From the NCBI GenBank assembly GCA_964252035.1, contig OZ176200.1: a DNA stretch of 64,000 nt, one strand, 5' to 3'. A program made the position numbers and the translations under genes. Below are positions 46,356 to 60,288 of this stretch, in pieces; the first letter of the stretch is position 1; every line of letters begins with the position of its first letter. This DNA comes from Podarcis erhardii (taxonomy: Eukaryota). Under the pieces are notes generated by a model that ran no database searches, had not been told where the DNA came from, and saw nothing but the letters and a program-made list of their open reading frames with translations.

Positions 46356-49300
46356 CTTTACATAGACTTGTGTATTACTGTTTGGTCTTCCACAATAAAC
46401 AACTGCTGAGAACTAAGAAAGTAAACTTACCTATTGTTTAGGACTTGCCAACTACTTTTGCTGGAATATAAATGTGAAAGCAGCTGTCTGCTGTATAAAA
46501 TATTTGTCATTTGTGCTGCTTTGGAACAAAATATACAAATGCAGATGTACTCTTCTCCTAACCATCTTTAGGAGGTCCATGCAGGCTCAGCACTACTCTT
46601 ACCATCTGTTTGAGTTACACCCCCTTTCTGTCATTGTCTGTGTATTCAGTGTAATATCTGTGTTGATATAAGACAGTTGATGGGTCTAGCCATACTTTTA
46701 ACATTTCCCTAGAGCAGTGGTAGGCAGAGAGCATTTTTAAATGTGCCTGCATCACTCATATGGGTTGGTGTGAGAAAATAGAGAAGAGAAAATAGATACT
46801 CCTGAAATGCAACAGTTGGAGATGATTGAGAGGGAAGTGTCCAAGGCTGTCCCAAGTATAAAGAACTGTTTAATTGAAGTAGTAGATATTTAACAGCAAA
46901 GAACTGTGTTTTCACTTCAGTAAACAAAATAGGGGAGTTCTGTTTTGACAAAATGATAGTAGCTGGTTCTCCTTTGTTTTGTTGCACATACCTCCTTCAT
47001 TTAGATCGGACTTATTGTTAGCATACATTACTATTTGTATGTGCTTGGCCTTAATTGGCATGGTTTTGGAAGCGGCCAAGGGAACAATGCTTTTCATTCA
47101 GGCACATCTCTGTAAAGAAATCTGTGTCCAGGGTTAATGTGTCCTATAATCTCTAATTTTACATTCCCTGGCTTCCTTCCATATGTTAGCAACATGAGAA
47201 CTAGGTCACAATTTGTGTGGTTTTTTTTAAAAAAACCTCATTTGCATTATATACCATAGGCATTCCTAGCTGAGGCAGTAAATGAATTACAGGGAGACAG
47301 GCGCTGGATGTGCTAACCTCTGCTAGTTTATAAAACAACTTGAATTTCTTAATTGTATCTTTTTTGTAAAATAAGTGGGGTTTTTTTAAGTGGCTAGATT
47401 TGACTTTTATACATTTAAGCTGATGCAGTCTTTGGCGTTGTGGTCATCAGGTGATATTTCTTGTTAGACTGGTTGCTTGGCAAACTTCTGTGCCAAGGAA
47501 ATGCAGTAGCTTAATGATGGCAAAAATATTCATTCTGCAGTTATTTACTGGCTTGCGGTACTTGTTGAAGAACCAAATCCATCAGAGATTGTTACTTCAT
47601 TCAATACTAGGCACTGAGCCAACTACGCCAATAACAGTGATTCTCCATAACTGGCTGTTATTGAAATGCTCATTACAGATTATTATAGGAATGACACAAA
47701 CACTTGATAGCCATTTAAATTCTGTAGTTCTGTCACATTCTCTGTTGAAGTGTTCAACGGCCATTTCATTCAGAAGGTGTAAGTGGCATGAGGTGCTTTG
47801 CAGTACCTAACTGTTGTTGTCTTCAAGTTTCCACCCCTCCTTTAATTTGGCTGCTTTACACTTTCATTTTGAGATGAAGCTGGAGCCAGTTTATTTTAAC
47901 AGTGAAGGACAATTTCAGCCTTTTGTAACGTGGCCCTTTATCACTGTAAATCTGTTATAGGCAACCTTTCTTTGCTATTAGCCAAACAGTGCTTTTCCAC
48001 TATGTCCAGCCACCATGATGTGTAAGAGACAACTTTATTTGTGTGAGTGAATTAATTAATGTGGTTAAGATGGAAAGTTCATAAGTTCTAGTGTGTCAGG
48101 TAATTGTACAACTCTTCTCATTCCTCCATCAATCCTGGCTTTGATTGATGAGTGTTCTATTTTTACATGCCATAGGCTGTTCTCTTCTTATTGGTTATGT
48201 TGCCATTATAAAGCCTTTAGAGGCCTTGAGGGAAAGGTGGCATATATAAATGTTAAATAAACACAGTTTGATGCTGGGTAGCAGATAGTAATTGTGTTCA
48301 TTGCAGCAAGCTTAAACAGCCTATTGGTCTATGTCTGCACCTACTGCTCCAGCAGGAAATGAAAATAACTTGGTTTTCTCCTGGCAAATGCATTTTGTGA
48401 CCTGTAAGGGTCAGAATGAGAGAATCAGTGGTAGCTTGGCTAGCCTTTTATTTATTTTATGTTGCCTTCTGCACTGAGGCTGTGATACAACAGTCTCTTA
48501 AATTACCATAAGAAATAGATATACTCTAATTCTCAAGATTATGTTTCTTTCTTTTTTAAAATTTGTTTTGCAGGCTCAACTAATGGATAAAAGAAATGCT
48601 TCCAAGCATTAGGCTACACAATTAGAGATAAGTTGTAGCCTTAAATTCATACTTGATGTATCTACACTGCACATGTAGGTGTTGGGAGTGATAGTTTAAC
48701 TGGGAAGTTTAAGAAACTGTCATTAAAGTCCTAACAAAATTCAGTTTGCAGCTGCCTGCTATATTGAAACTGGACAATGTTTGCAGTAATATTGTATGTA
48801 TAAGGGAAGTGTATAGACTCTTATTTTTTATAATTGCAGAGTCACGAAATGTTTTGAGCACTGTTCTTTCCCCAGTCATTGCAAGAACTTGAAGCAGCAC
48901 TTCATTAAAATCATATTTGGGTTTGTGATAATGGTCTTTGTGTGCTTAAGACCTTTCATACATGTCATATTAAACCTGAGCTGCTGCTGTGATGCTATGG
49001 TCATTACTTGGTGGAGTAGGTGCAAGTGGCTACCCCATGTGCTTTGCAGTTGTCATTTTGCTACATGTCGGCTGCGTGGAATAATATGAAATTTTTCCCT
49101 TCCTGGGCTGCAGTAGTCCCACCACTCACTCGATTTTGCTTTTCAGCCCATCCAATTGTTTGCCTGCTGCCACACCTCTTCATTACAGATTATTGAACAG
49201 TGAACCTAGCAACTTTGCCCCTTGGACAAGGTGACGCAGCATTAAGGCTGATTTTTTCGCGAAGAGGAAATGCAATGTCACTGCCAACAAACAGTAAGCT

Positions 49301-49395
49301 TTATAAAACAAAAGTACTTTATACGCTGCCTCTCTGTAACTAGGCATTTAGAAACCTGATCTTAATACATTTAACACTGTGCTTCTTTAAAGATC

Positions 49396-49401
49396 TTTAT
49401 T
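49396..49401 (-). terminator. Candidate ITGB5 poly(A) signal
   Basis: TTTATT on + (AATAAA on -) about 1.06 kb downstream of the ITGB5 stop. Confidence 0.55.
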
Positions 49402-50459
49402 GTTCAGTGTTAAAGTAGATTAGGTTAAACCTAATGTGTCATATAGTGAGAACTAGTGAGCAGCCTTTAGAGGACCTCTAGTTGTCTCCTTTGCCAGCAT
49501 GCAAAACTGGTGACATTGAACAGAAACAGAGATTATGTATCTTAAGTTTTGTGGTTAGTTGAATTATGCAAATATTACAGTGTCCACACTTGGGTTTATT
49601 TTATTTTCACCATGGGTCACGTAGTGAGCAAACAGGGGCTGATAAATTCAGGTTAGAAAGATTAACAACCAGATGCTAAGCATGTGTACTTGGAAGTAAA
49701 GTTCAGTGGGAATTAATCCTAAATAAGCATGCTTGGAGTCAAAACATTTCCAGCTACTTAAAAGCTACTGTGACTGCTGTAACGTGGAATTTCAGATAAC
49801 TGAGCAGTTTGTAAGTGTACAGGTTAACCTAAAACTGATGGGCTGAACAAGCAGTCTTCCTTGTTTATATTAATTTAAATTCTGATAAAAAGTCCTTAAA
49901 TATAGTGCAACACACCTTTTCATAAAAAAAATGGATCATGGAAGCAAAGGAATAAGTATACTCATAGCACATATATGCAATTGCTTTTATTTTTTTAATA
50001 TAAAAATTTATTCTAAAAACTGTTTAACACCTGGATTTTTTTTTTTAAAAAAACAATGCTTCCACCACCTTCTCCAATGCTAGTTTTTCTCCCCTAAAAA
50101 CCAGCAGTGACACAATACCCCTATGAAATGGACCTGCATGTTTTTTTCCTACCAAGATATGGCTGAAGCTGCTATATGGCACATTGTTCAATAGGTTGGC
50201 GCTTCCGAGGCATCAAGAGCTCCAGGTCAGTGACAACACATTCTGAGCACATCAGCGGGGCTTGGGTTAGAGATCTGCAGAGCACATGGGCTGCTACCCA
50301 TTTGTCCTCAATGTGCAATAGAAGCCATCTCCTGCCATTCAAGTCAAAGTTTAGAATACTGTCCCACTGTAGAGGATTCAGTCTTCCTTTTTGGGAAGCG
50401 GTGAGGAAGCCAAGCAATTGTCAAGCATTCAACTCTCTCTTCCACCTTCAAGCACAGGG

Positions 50460-50555
50460 TCAATCAACTGTACCATTATAGGTCCTGTTAAGCTTGTTGA
50501 ATGTGAAATCTAAGCTATGGGTGGAAATAGGTTTTCGGTAAAGAGGGTTTGAAGC
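50460..50555 (-). CDS. ITGB5: Integrin beta-5 last coding exon (cytoplasmic tail)
   Basis: gtag|[34 protein letters not shown]; NPxY and NxxY motifs, beta5-type tail. Confidence 0.96.
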   Translation of the reverse strand, partial: ASNPLYRKPISTHSLDFTFNKLNRTYNGTVD

Positions 50556-51441
50556 CTACAAAAAAAGAAAAAAAGGAAGTGATATAAACAGTGTATTTAC
50601 AGGGAGATTAAACTCTGGACATGAAAACCAAATGCAAGTTCTGCTAAAATCAATGGAATCTCATTTGTTTTCCCCTCCCCTTAATGTTATTTTGCTACTC
50701 TTTACCCATGCACTCCTAAAGTCTGTAATAGTGTTGTGTAGGCCTAGGTGATATATCAGTGCATCACCCAGGACCAGTATGACAGCCAGACTGTGATAGA
50801 GGCGTCAACTAGCACTGTATCACTGGTGAAACCACTGTCACTCCTGAGTCCCTCTGCCACGGGTGGGGTGGGGCTGGCAGAGACCAGCTGGTTTGTCGCT
50901 TCAGGAGTGACTGACTAGAAGAGCCCTCCAGTGTGAAGGCGGAGGCAGCCCCTCCCCCCAAACTGAGAGAGCCCTGATGCCTCACTTGCTTGGGGGGGGG
51001 GGCTGCCTCTCCCCACCTGACCAGCTCAAGGAAGCCACGCTGTCTCTCCAAGCAGGCAGGTGGCAGCCAAGCACATTCTCAAGCTCCCTGCATCTGCCTG
51101 CCTTGTGTCTTCTTCCGCTGGGGGTGACCAACTGCACCAAGAGCAAAGCCACAGCCTGCCTTCCTGGGCAAAGGCAATTTGAGCTGACAGTGCATTGCGG
51201 CTCTTCAGCTGCCGCCAACACAGCTGCTGCACGTTTGCGTCCCTCCACCCGAGCCACCTCTGCCTCCCTGCACACCATTCTGGTCTCAAGCAGCCTCCAT
51301 GAATCCTTCCCTGAACAGAGTAAAGCGAGACTTTCCCTTCCTGCTCTGTAGTCCTCAGCACACATTTCTTCCCACCCCTATGCACTGAGCCCTTTTCCAG
51401 CTCTTTTCTGGTCCCCCCGCCCCAATGAAGTGAATGCTTAC

Positions 51442-51608
51442 CATTTCATATCTTGCCCGGGAACGCTCACTTTGGAATCTGGCAAATTCCCGCCTGTCAT
51501 GAATAGTGACCAGCAGCTTCCAAATTGCCAAGAGGACAATCCCCAGGAGCACAATGCTGCCTACCACAGCCAGTAAGATCATCATGGCATCAGGGGCAGT
51601 GCTACACT
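51442..51608 (-). CDS. ITGB5: Integrin beta-5 transmembrane exon
   Basis: ccag|(E)[55 protein letters not shown]|gtaagc; 167 nt. Confidence 0.97.
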
Positions 51609-52494
51609 CTGGCAAGGAAAAGAAATGATCATCATTGATAAGGACACTATCTAAATCCAGTGTAAACATCAGAACTTGCCTTTTCAAATACAGGTATTTT
51701 ATCAAGCCTGAAAGGTTCAAAACCAACAGCAGAATTTATGAGGCAGTATTTCAGAGACAACAGTTAACTATTAACATATGATCAGCTCTTCTAATTTATT
51801 TGCAGCATATATATTGTTGCAGCAGCAGAGTTTTTATATATCCCCAATCCAGCAAGTGGTTACTTCTGTGCACATATTTCACATGTCCTTTTGCTTGCTG
51901 CATGTGACAGCTCCATATGTATAACATTTTTAAGAACGGGTGGGGAACCTCAGCCTGGGCTCTTCCCAAGTTTCACCCTTTCCTCAGCCACACCCTTCCC
52001 AGGCCACATTCTTCACTGGTCCTATTTCACACGCTCCTTGAGCATGTTTGCCTGGCTCAGAATGTGTCCTTGAACTCTGATAATGCCTATTGCTTGTCTA
52101 GGTGGAAGCTAGAGAGGGGAATGTGAGTGCGTATACAAACTAGCCTACTTTACATAGATAAAATTTACATCCCTTGCTCTGCCCCGTCCACCGCTGGCAT
52201 GCAGCCCCAAAGTCGCCTAGAAAGGAATGCCATCTGAAAATGATGCCCCACCCACTTCAAGCTCACAGCTTAGATAATTTGACAGGAGACTGAGACTGGG
52301 GCACGCCACTACATTCAGTTCCCTAAAGCTAAGGTAGGGCACAATATTGCCTAACTTTTTGACTACAAAAAGTATTAATTTTTAAAATTTTAAATCCAAT
52401 ATTGGACTCTTTCCCCAAAGTCTGGAGCTGTTTAGATCAGGAGCTTTAGATTATCATGCTAGATTCTTTTTTACTTTGGTCATAGTTAGACTTA

Positions 52495-52530
52495 AAAATA
52501 AGGGTGGGGATTAAAATAAGGGTGGGGATT
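52495..52530. repeat. 18-bp perfect tandem duplication
   Basis: AAAATAAGGGTGGGGATT x2. Confidence 0.9.
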
Positions 52531-53322
52531 TGGGTCTAGCCAATAAGCTTCAACTGGCTTGGATGTTTCTTCTGGCAAGAATGCTTGCAACACTGAGGTA
52601 AGTTGACTTCATCATCCCATCACACAAGGTCCTTCTGATGTGCTCCAGATGTGCCTGGCACTGATTACTGACCATCAACCTTCATCCCCTCTCACTAGTA
52701 TTCTGTGGACCACTCCCTATGTGAATCTGTTCTTCTGGCTTAACCTACAAGCAGTCCCCCCCCCCCCCCCCAGTGAAAATTAATCAGTAGGCAGAGCAAT
52801 CCAAACCCCTCTTGTGCTCAGCTGTCTCCTCCCAGCTAAGCTGGACTCTTGCAGGCTGCCTTCAACAGAGCAATGCAGAACTGTCCCTTTGAAATATACA
52901 GACACAAGGGAGTTCTATGGGCAGCCAGTGAAAGGTCTCAAAACACAGTATATGGAGGGCAGGGAGGCTGAGCTAGCCTAGGATCCATCAGCATCAGGCT
53001 CAATCACTGCACCATCTCCAGGCTGGTGAAGCAATTTAAACCCTCACTTTCAGCCCTGGCTGTTGTGCATGGCAGGGCTGTGGAAGTGGCCCCACCACAC
53101 TAAAGCCCCCAAAGGGGGAAGGCTTGGTTCGCCTTAAATACCTAAAACTGCTTGTGTATTTTCTGCACATCTGAAAAGGGAAAGAGTATCTATGGACAAC
53201 ATCCAAACTCTTGTACACCCTTGTACCCTTAGTGGTGTTAAAATATTCTAAGGGATTCCACAACCAAACTTTTGCCTTGGTGGTATGGACAAACAGCACA
53301 AAGCATGTACGATATAACAAAC

Positions 53323-53439
53323 CTGGTTCCTTGAGAACCGTGATGTTTGTCTTTCCACTGGTGAGTTCCGTGTAGGTGAACTTCATCACACAGTCCTTCA
53401 CTGGGTAAGCACACAAGACTGAATGAGGGTCATCAGTTT
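53323..53439 (-). CDS. ITGB5: Integrin beta-5 beta-tail domain exon
   Basis: ccag|(K)[38 protein letters not shown]|gtttgt; 117 nt. Confidence 0.95.
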
Positions 53440-54151
53440 CTGGAATAAAATGTAAGACAATCCTATTTATAACACAAAGATTTAAAACCCTAGCATATTG
53501 TGGCACATGTTGAAAAACATTTTAACCTATAACATATCCGCAGCATTAGATGCTCCCTTTGTTTTGCTGGGCATTTGTTCAGCGCATCAAAACACATGTT
53601 TGAATTACCATTATTTTGACCCCAGAAATGGAAGAATATGTTGAGATTCTAAGTCTCTTGGGTCTCTGGATTCCTTTCAATATGACGGCCTTCCTGTTGG
53701 TACATATGGAGCAAATTAGGAAACCATTCAAATGTCTAAAATTGTTGAAACCATTAACATAGTGAGTAGGTGAAAGATTGACTCAGCTGCATGCCTAAAC
53801 ATTTTGAAAGCTATGGATAAACACAACTCCAAGATTGCAAAGGAGATGTTGGTATGGCCCTGCCCTCCTTAAAGAGGAATTTCTATGTCTCTCTGAAAGA
53901 AGGCCAAACAAAACTGAAACTTGGAAGACTTTCTTTGGAAGAGGAAGTTTCATTTCCTTATGCCAATCTCCATGGAGGAAGTAATTGTCTGGAAATAAGC
54001 TTAATTTTGCAATCCAGTTGGAGCACAGGGAATAGCAGGGAGATGGAGATTAAAATATTCAACACTGATAAGGTCAGTGTTGCGCATTACAGAAAAAACA
54101 TGCTGTGATGGATACGCTGCATAGGGTCAAGCAAAGGCATTAAACTGAATA

Positions 54152-54359
54152 CAGTGGTACCTTGGGTTACATACGCTTCAGGTTACAGACTCCGCTAACC
54201 CAGAAATAGTACCTCAGGTTAAGAACTTTGCTTCAGGATGAGAACAGAAATTGTGTGCCGGCAGCGCAGCAGCAGCAGGAGGCCCCATTAGCTAAAGTGG
54301 TCTTCAGGTTAAGAACGGACCTCCAGAACGAATTATGTTCTTAACCAGGGGTACCACTG
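54152..54359 (+). mobile_element. Tc1/mariner MITE, copy 4
   Basis: Same TIRs and TA flanks; same orientation as copy 1. Confidence 0.9.
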
Positions 54360-54544
54360 TAGTTATGTGGCCAGAGATCTGGGGCAGGTCAGAAAATTGC
54401 ATCCTCAGGCAGATCTCATTGGCAAATCTCTCACTTTTGCCCATATGCAGTTTTTAAACACTACTTCGTTCCCTTGGGGAATAAGCAATCAAGTTTCTAA
54501 TGGTAGTGCTTAGAAAAAGCAAAGCCACACTATGTATGTATGTA

Positions 54545-54786
54545 CAGTGGTACCTCGGGTTAAGTACTTAATTCGTTCCGGAGGTCCATTCTTAACCTGA
54601 AACTGTTCTTAACCTGAAGCACTACTTTAGCTAATGGGGCCTCCTGCTGCTGCCGTGCCGCCGGCACACAAATTCTGTTCTCATCCTGAAGCAAAGTTCT
54701 TAACCTGAGGTACTATTTCTGGGTTAGTGGAGTCTGTAACCTGAAGTGTATGTAACCTGAAGCGTATGTAACCCGAGGTGCCACTG
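54545..54786 (-). mobile_element. Tc1/mariner MITE, copy 5
   Basis: Same TIRs and TA flanks; inverted relative to copy 4. Confidence 0.9.
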
Positions 54787-55439
54787 TATATATAAACTCT
54801 GTGACTACCAGCAATAGAATGACGCTATACAAAAAGTATTTGAAACATAGTTGAGCAATGCCATAGCTTAACAAAATTATAGCAGGAAGTAAAAAATAAT
54901 ATTCAGTAGCCTAGGCCAAAAGCCTGACAATAAAGTTTTGTTTCCACCACACAGCAAAACACCAAGGCCCCTCAGACACTTACGAGTGTCAAAGCCTGCG
55001 TGTGAAAACAAGGAAATCCCATTTACCCAGCAACTGCATGTTTCCACCCTTCAGGTATCCTTGAGCAGGTTACTTTCCATCTGCCTGTGCTCCTGCTCCC
55101 ATGTTAAGAATCTGATATCTTCCCTTTTCATCTCTCTTACTGTGTGAGCGTTTGGCTGCTTGGCAGATGGCTTGTGGACCATGTCAGAAGAACAGACCTC
55201 TGCAGTCACTACAAAGAGCTTCTGTTTCAAAGATGCCTCAACCTTCATTGCTCCTGATAGCAGATGGCCCACAAATCCCTACCTGTACATGTACAACTTC
55301 AGACCAAACTAAGAGCAACTGGTATACAGACATTCAGTCGGGAGAGGAATCAAATATAACTCTGCTAAACATCTTGAATTAGTCGCATTTAATAAATGAA
55401 TGCTCTTTAAACTAATTCTTTAAAATCGATTCAGTAGTG

Positions 55440-55732
55440 CATCACTGGAGAAGTTCTGATGGACCTTCTAAAACGGATGTCATGGAGGATGAGACACCTA
55501 GCCATAATGGAGGCTATGCACTGTCTCCATGAACTGTGGAGGCAATGCTGTGCCATGGTCAGAGGCAGAATAATTCTGAATTTCAGTTGTTGGAAATTGC
55601 AGGAGGGTACTCTTGTGCTCAGATCCTGCTTGCAGGTTTCCCACAGGCATCTATCTGGTTGGCCACTGTGAGAACAGGATGCTAGACTAGAAGGGCCATT
55701 GGCCTAATCCAGCCGGCTCTTATATTGTTATG
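55440..55732 (+). mobile_element. CR1 LINE 3' fragment
   Basis: catggaggat...ggccactgtgagaacaggatgctagactagaagggcc...cttatattgtta. Confidence 0.6.
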
Positions 55733-57660
55733 AACCAGTTGTTGCTGATTTGCATCTACCATCATCCCTAACCATTGGCCATGCTGGCTGGCTGGAGCTG
55801 ATGGCAGCTGAAGACCCAACCACCTCTGGAGGACCATGGGTTCCCTATCTGCTCTAGAGCCTTACCAAGAAGTTAAACTAGTAAACGTTAACCAACAAAC
55901 TCAAACTAGCATGGGGACAAGCAAAGAAGGATGCCTTCACCATGGTATGGTTCCCCTTTACATACACAGCACAACAGGACAATGATCTATCCCCACAAAC
56001 AGCATACAAATCAATTTGGCTAATCTGACCCAACAACCTACCCCCCCCCCAACAAGCCACACCACAATCAACTGAATGCAGCCAACCAAGCTTGGGACCT
56101 CTCGCATTATCAATAAAAATAAATACATAAACAAAGGACCTACCCATATGATGCTGACACAAACCCCAACAGTAATAATAGGCAATAGAACAAAAGAACA
56201 GAATCTCCACTCTCTCTTTCCCCCCAAATGCAGTGTGTTGATGACAAAAGTGTCTCTCACTAAATGTAAAGTAACTGTGAAAAAGACTGATTTGAAAGTG
56301 GAGACAACAGATACTTTGTAACAAAAAAATCTTTAACAAAAACTAATTAAAACAAACAACTTAAGTGGTATTTGAGGGAAAGCAGTGTATCCCACTGTTT
56401 CTCATGCTAGCTGTTTGCAACACTGCTAAAACCAAGTATCAAGTTCACTTTTTGAGCAATAAACCAACAATTTGTAAAGGCTCCTAGGGTCTGATCAGAC
56501 ATTCCATCTCATCATTTTTGAACCCAGCTACAGATTTTCAGAAGAATGCACACGAAAGGCCTATCTGGTTTAGGCTAATAAGTAAAGCCCTAATAACAAA
56601 AGGGAGATTGAGAAAACGAGGCACCTAAATGATGCCGGCTTCAATGCCAAGGGTTTGCACTCTGTCCTGTGGATTCCTTTTGCTTTCCTCTTGCCTTCGT
56701 TTTTGAATACTCCACAGACAACAGTCTCATTTTGAGGCGCAAAGTGCTGACAAAGTGGAGATGTTATCAAAACTGCAATCAATCCACTGTGTTTGCATTT
56801 CAAAAATGTGCTGAATGGTTTTTATTGCCAGAAATTGCTTGAAAGGTCATTTTTGAGAGAAAGGGGAAAGTTGTGGGAGGAAGGGGGGGCAGACACGGCT
56901 GTTTCAAGCAGTTTCTCCCCCGGCCCCCCAGTGGATCATATAAGGACAGGCTGTTATATAAAATGAAAAGGCCAGTCAGATGGGTTTGCAGGAAAAACCC
57001 ATCTATAGCAGGTTTGGCTGCTGCATGTGAAGGTGAAGCAGAAGGGTCCATTCTCCTATATTATTCAACTTCTATATGAAGCCAGTGGGAGCTGTCATCC
57101 AGGAATTTGGAGCATGGATGGCACACATATTTCTCCTTATTCTGTCTGAATCAGGAGAGGCTGTGAAAGTGTTGAACCAAAACCTGGAAGAGGCTGGATC
57201 CCAATAGGACACTCTGGGGCAGAGGTGAGGAAGTATGTTTGAAGGAGTCTAATATGATCACTAATATGATCATTTTATGCTCTGTCCAAATTGTGGTGGC
57301 TACAGAAGCCATAGAGTCTATGCCTCTGTTGGGACCCCATAAAGGAGCAAGTAAGGAACGCAAATGTTTCAATTCAATTCTACCCTAGACTTGTAAAGCT
57401 GGTGCAAATCACTTCCCAAAAGTGGATCTCCAGAATTTTTCTGTTTGCACAGGAAGAACTTTGCATGCAATTCAGCACAATATTGGCTACGTTATCTCTG
57501 CAGAGCTTAAGCATATGAGTTTGGAAAGCAGCTTCAAACGAAAAGCCTGCATTTCAGGGTTATCTGTATGCATGTTGTTATCTGAAGTTAGCTTTTTGTG
57601 ATTGGTAGGCATCTGTATTTACACAAGTAGCCAGAAGGGCTTTAAGGGGCATTTTTAAGA

Positions 57661-57682
57661 ACACACACACACACACACACAC
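57661..57682. repeat. (AC)n microsatellite
   Basis: 11 AC units. Confidence 0.9.
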
Positions 57683-58504
57683 TGCACCTCTGTGGCAGTT
57701 TTGGATGCCATTAATGAAAAAATCTGGACTTTTCTCCCTGGGAAAGTGGGTTGATAATGGAGTCACATTTAAATAGCAAACAAACTCACCACAGACAGAC
57801 AAAGAGGAAGAAAAAAAGTATGTTGCAACATTTGCATTGGCAAATAGTCATTGTCTGTGAACTGGCGGGAGTGGGGTTGAGCCACAAGTACAGCTGAGCA
57901 GCTACAGCTGTGATGGTCCCCCCACCCCCGCCAATGCCACACCCACCCACCCACCCACCCACACCAACACAAAAATGGAATGTGACAAAAGGTTTAACAC
58001 AACAGAGCTTGAAGTCCAGAGATACCAAACTACTCAGTCCACATGACAATGTACTCCAGACAGAGAGCGGCTGGCTATATCTGTTGCCATTAGATCATGC
58101 AGCAACAATTTTCTTTTAACTCAGAGGTGGACTGCAACTCCCATCAGCCCCAGTCTGCATGGCTAGTGGTAAGGGATGTTGGGAATTGTAGTCCAGCAAC
58201 AAGTGGAGGGCCACAGAAGGACCACTGCTGCTTAACTGAAACAATTGTCTCCTATATCACTAGCCAATATATAGATACAATCGATATATTGTATAGATAC
58301 AACCTCTCAGCTACTTCTTTTCCTACGTTATGCGCACGGTTGTTCTTTAATGTTCCTTTCCCTTACAACCCTAATACATCCAACCATTTGTCTACATTTT
58401 AACAAAATACATTCCAAATTCCCTTTCCCCTAAAGTGGTGAGACTTTGATAAGCAGCATCGACTTCTGCCAGGATTCTGCCTAGTTTATCTTGCCTGTAC
58501 TTAC

Positions 58505-58608
58505 TGAGAACATCCACTCGAGTAATGATCTCGTCCCGGCAGTGTTTTTGGCAGGTCTGGTTGTCAGCCAGTCTTCCTGAGTTAAACAGCATACACTCAA
58601 TGCAGTCC
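58505..58608 (-). CDS. ITGB5: Integrin beta-5 beta-tail domain exon
   Basis: taag|(R)DCIECMLFNSGRLADNQTCQKHCRDEIITRVDVL|gtaagt; 104 nt. Confidence 0.95.
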
Positions 58609-59659
58609 CTTAGAAAGAGAAATGAGAGGAGATTGATAGACTTCCCTTCAAATCACATCCGCGTGCAGTGGAGTCTGCCCCCATAGGGAATGGGGCACTG
58701 CCTCACCAACCTCTGTTTACCCTCAGCTGGTCCCCATCTGCCTTCTTGCTTAGAACCAGTCCAGGGAAGTGGCACTGCCACCAGCTTCCTCATCCTTAGT
58801 CTCAAGTGTTCCCATTGTAGAACTCGGCAGGAAGGAGGATGGGAGCAAAACTAGAATTAGTGGGTTCTGTCTGTCACTGGTTTTGTCTATACTCTCTGGC
58901 TCCACCTACTGTTGGCCTCCCTATCCTCTGCCCCACAAGTCTCAGTGCACAGTAGCAACCACTATTTGCCTGAGAAAAACATGGACAGAGATGTTTTCTC
59001 AAAATAAAAACTTCCCCCCTCTGTGGCAACCACATATAAAGGCTGCTGCTGATTTTATTGGTACACGGGTCATGGCTACACATTTGTTTCTTGTATGTAA
59101 GGAGAAGCCGTTGCCATTCAAGAAGAAAAAGTCACTCTCTAATAATACTTTTTAAAAAGGAAGAAAGGGGAAGTGATAAGAAGAACCCTAAAAAGGATTT
59201 GCACAAGGAAATTATATTTAGGACAGTCCTGTTTTGTAGAGAAGGTATCCAACCTTTGGAGGCTAATACAGAGAATTAGCCAGTTAAGGCTGTGTAAAAT
59301 TGAAATGAAAAAGAAAATACATATTGCTTCAGATCATTTTGCATTTTTTCATGCATTTCATTATACACAATACTATTAATGCATGCCTGCACAACATATG
59401 AACTGTCAAGCTGAAAACACAGCATACCAGGCACATATTACAGCTTCATAAACCTGTTTTTGCTATATGATTTAGAACTGGGGGGGGGGGGGATGGAGGT
59501 TGTCAGATACCTGACAGGTTCCAATACAAAAGCAAGGAGTGGCATTCAGCTTGGGGGTGGCGGGGTGTCACCAGCTGTACAAGCCTGAACAAGTGCCATT
59601 AAGCAAAACAAACATCCATCAATGCAAGCTAAATGGATGTTAGAACTATAGAACACAGC

Positions 59660-59830
59660 AACATAGGAAGCTGCTTTATATCAAGTCAGATCATTAGTCC
59701 TTGTCTATGCAGACTGGGAGTGGTTCTCCAGGATCTCGGCCAGGACACATTCCCAGTCCTGCTTGGAGATGTCAGGGATCGAACCTGGGACTTTATGCTT
59801 CCAAAGCAGCTGCTCTACCACAGAACTACA
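59660..59830 (-). mobile_element. tRNA-derived squamate SINE (Squam3-like)
   Basis: Minus strand tggtagagcagc...cccaggttcgatccctgac (A/B boxes) and a ...gcagcttcctatgtt tail. Confidence 0.7.
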
Positions 59831-60288
59831 TCCTTTGCTGCCTTCCATGAAGACAGACGGTAGATGCATGATCCTGGGACTGTTGAGTCTCCTACCCTCT
59901 AGCTCAAACGGATTCCCCCCAATTCTACCTTTTTAACTGCTGAGGCCAAAAACTGAGCCAAAGACTTCAGGTATGGAAAGTACTTCAAAGCTACAGTCTC
60001 ATCTACAATAAGCCGTAATAAGCAGAGTGGACTCATGGATGTAGTCTTGGACATGTCGCATGTCTCAGCTGCAGATTCCCCAACTGAAAAATGGGAATAT
60101 TGATGAGCTACCTCACTGGATTCTAGTGATAAGTAAATTTCAAGCTGTGATGCATCATTGCTTCCTGAATTTTTGTAGGTATATCGGCAGGTGGGATGGA
60201 CACCAATGAAGCTGGAGCGCGACATAATCAGGCACTGTCATCAAGTTGTTATTAGAAGGGTTTTCACTCTAGCTAGCTCACACAATAC

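Noticed and set aside
47451-47810. 119-aa ORF between UMPS and ITGB5
   Set aside because: Non-ATG start, no homology, no splice structure.
50977-51385. Three overlapping 119-127 aa ORFs
   Set aside because: Open on both strands in GC-rich intron, no homology or splice logic.
55878-56339. 153-aa Cys/hydrophobic-rich minus-strand ORF
   Set aside because: Reflects T/G-rich intron composition; no domain.
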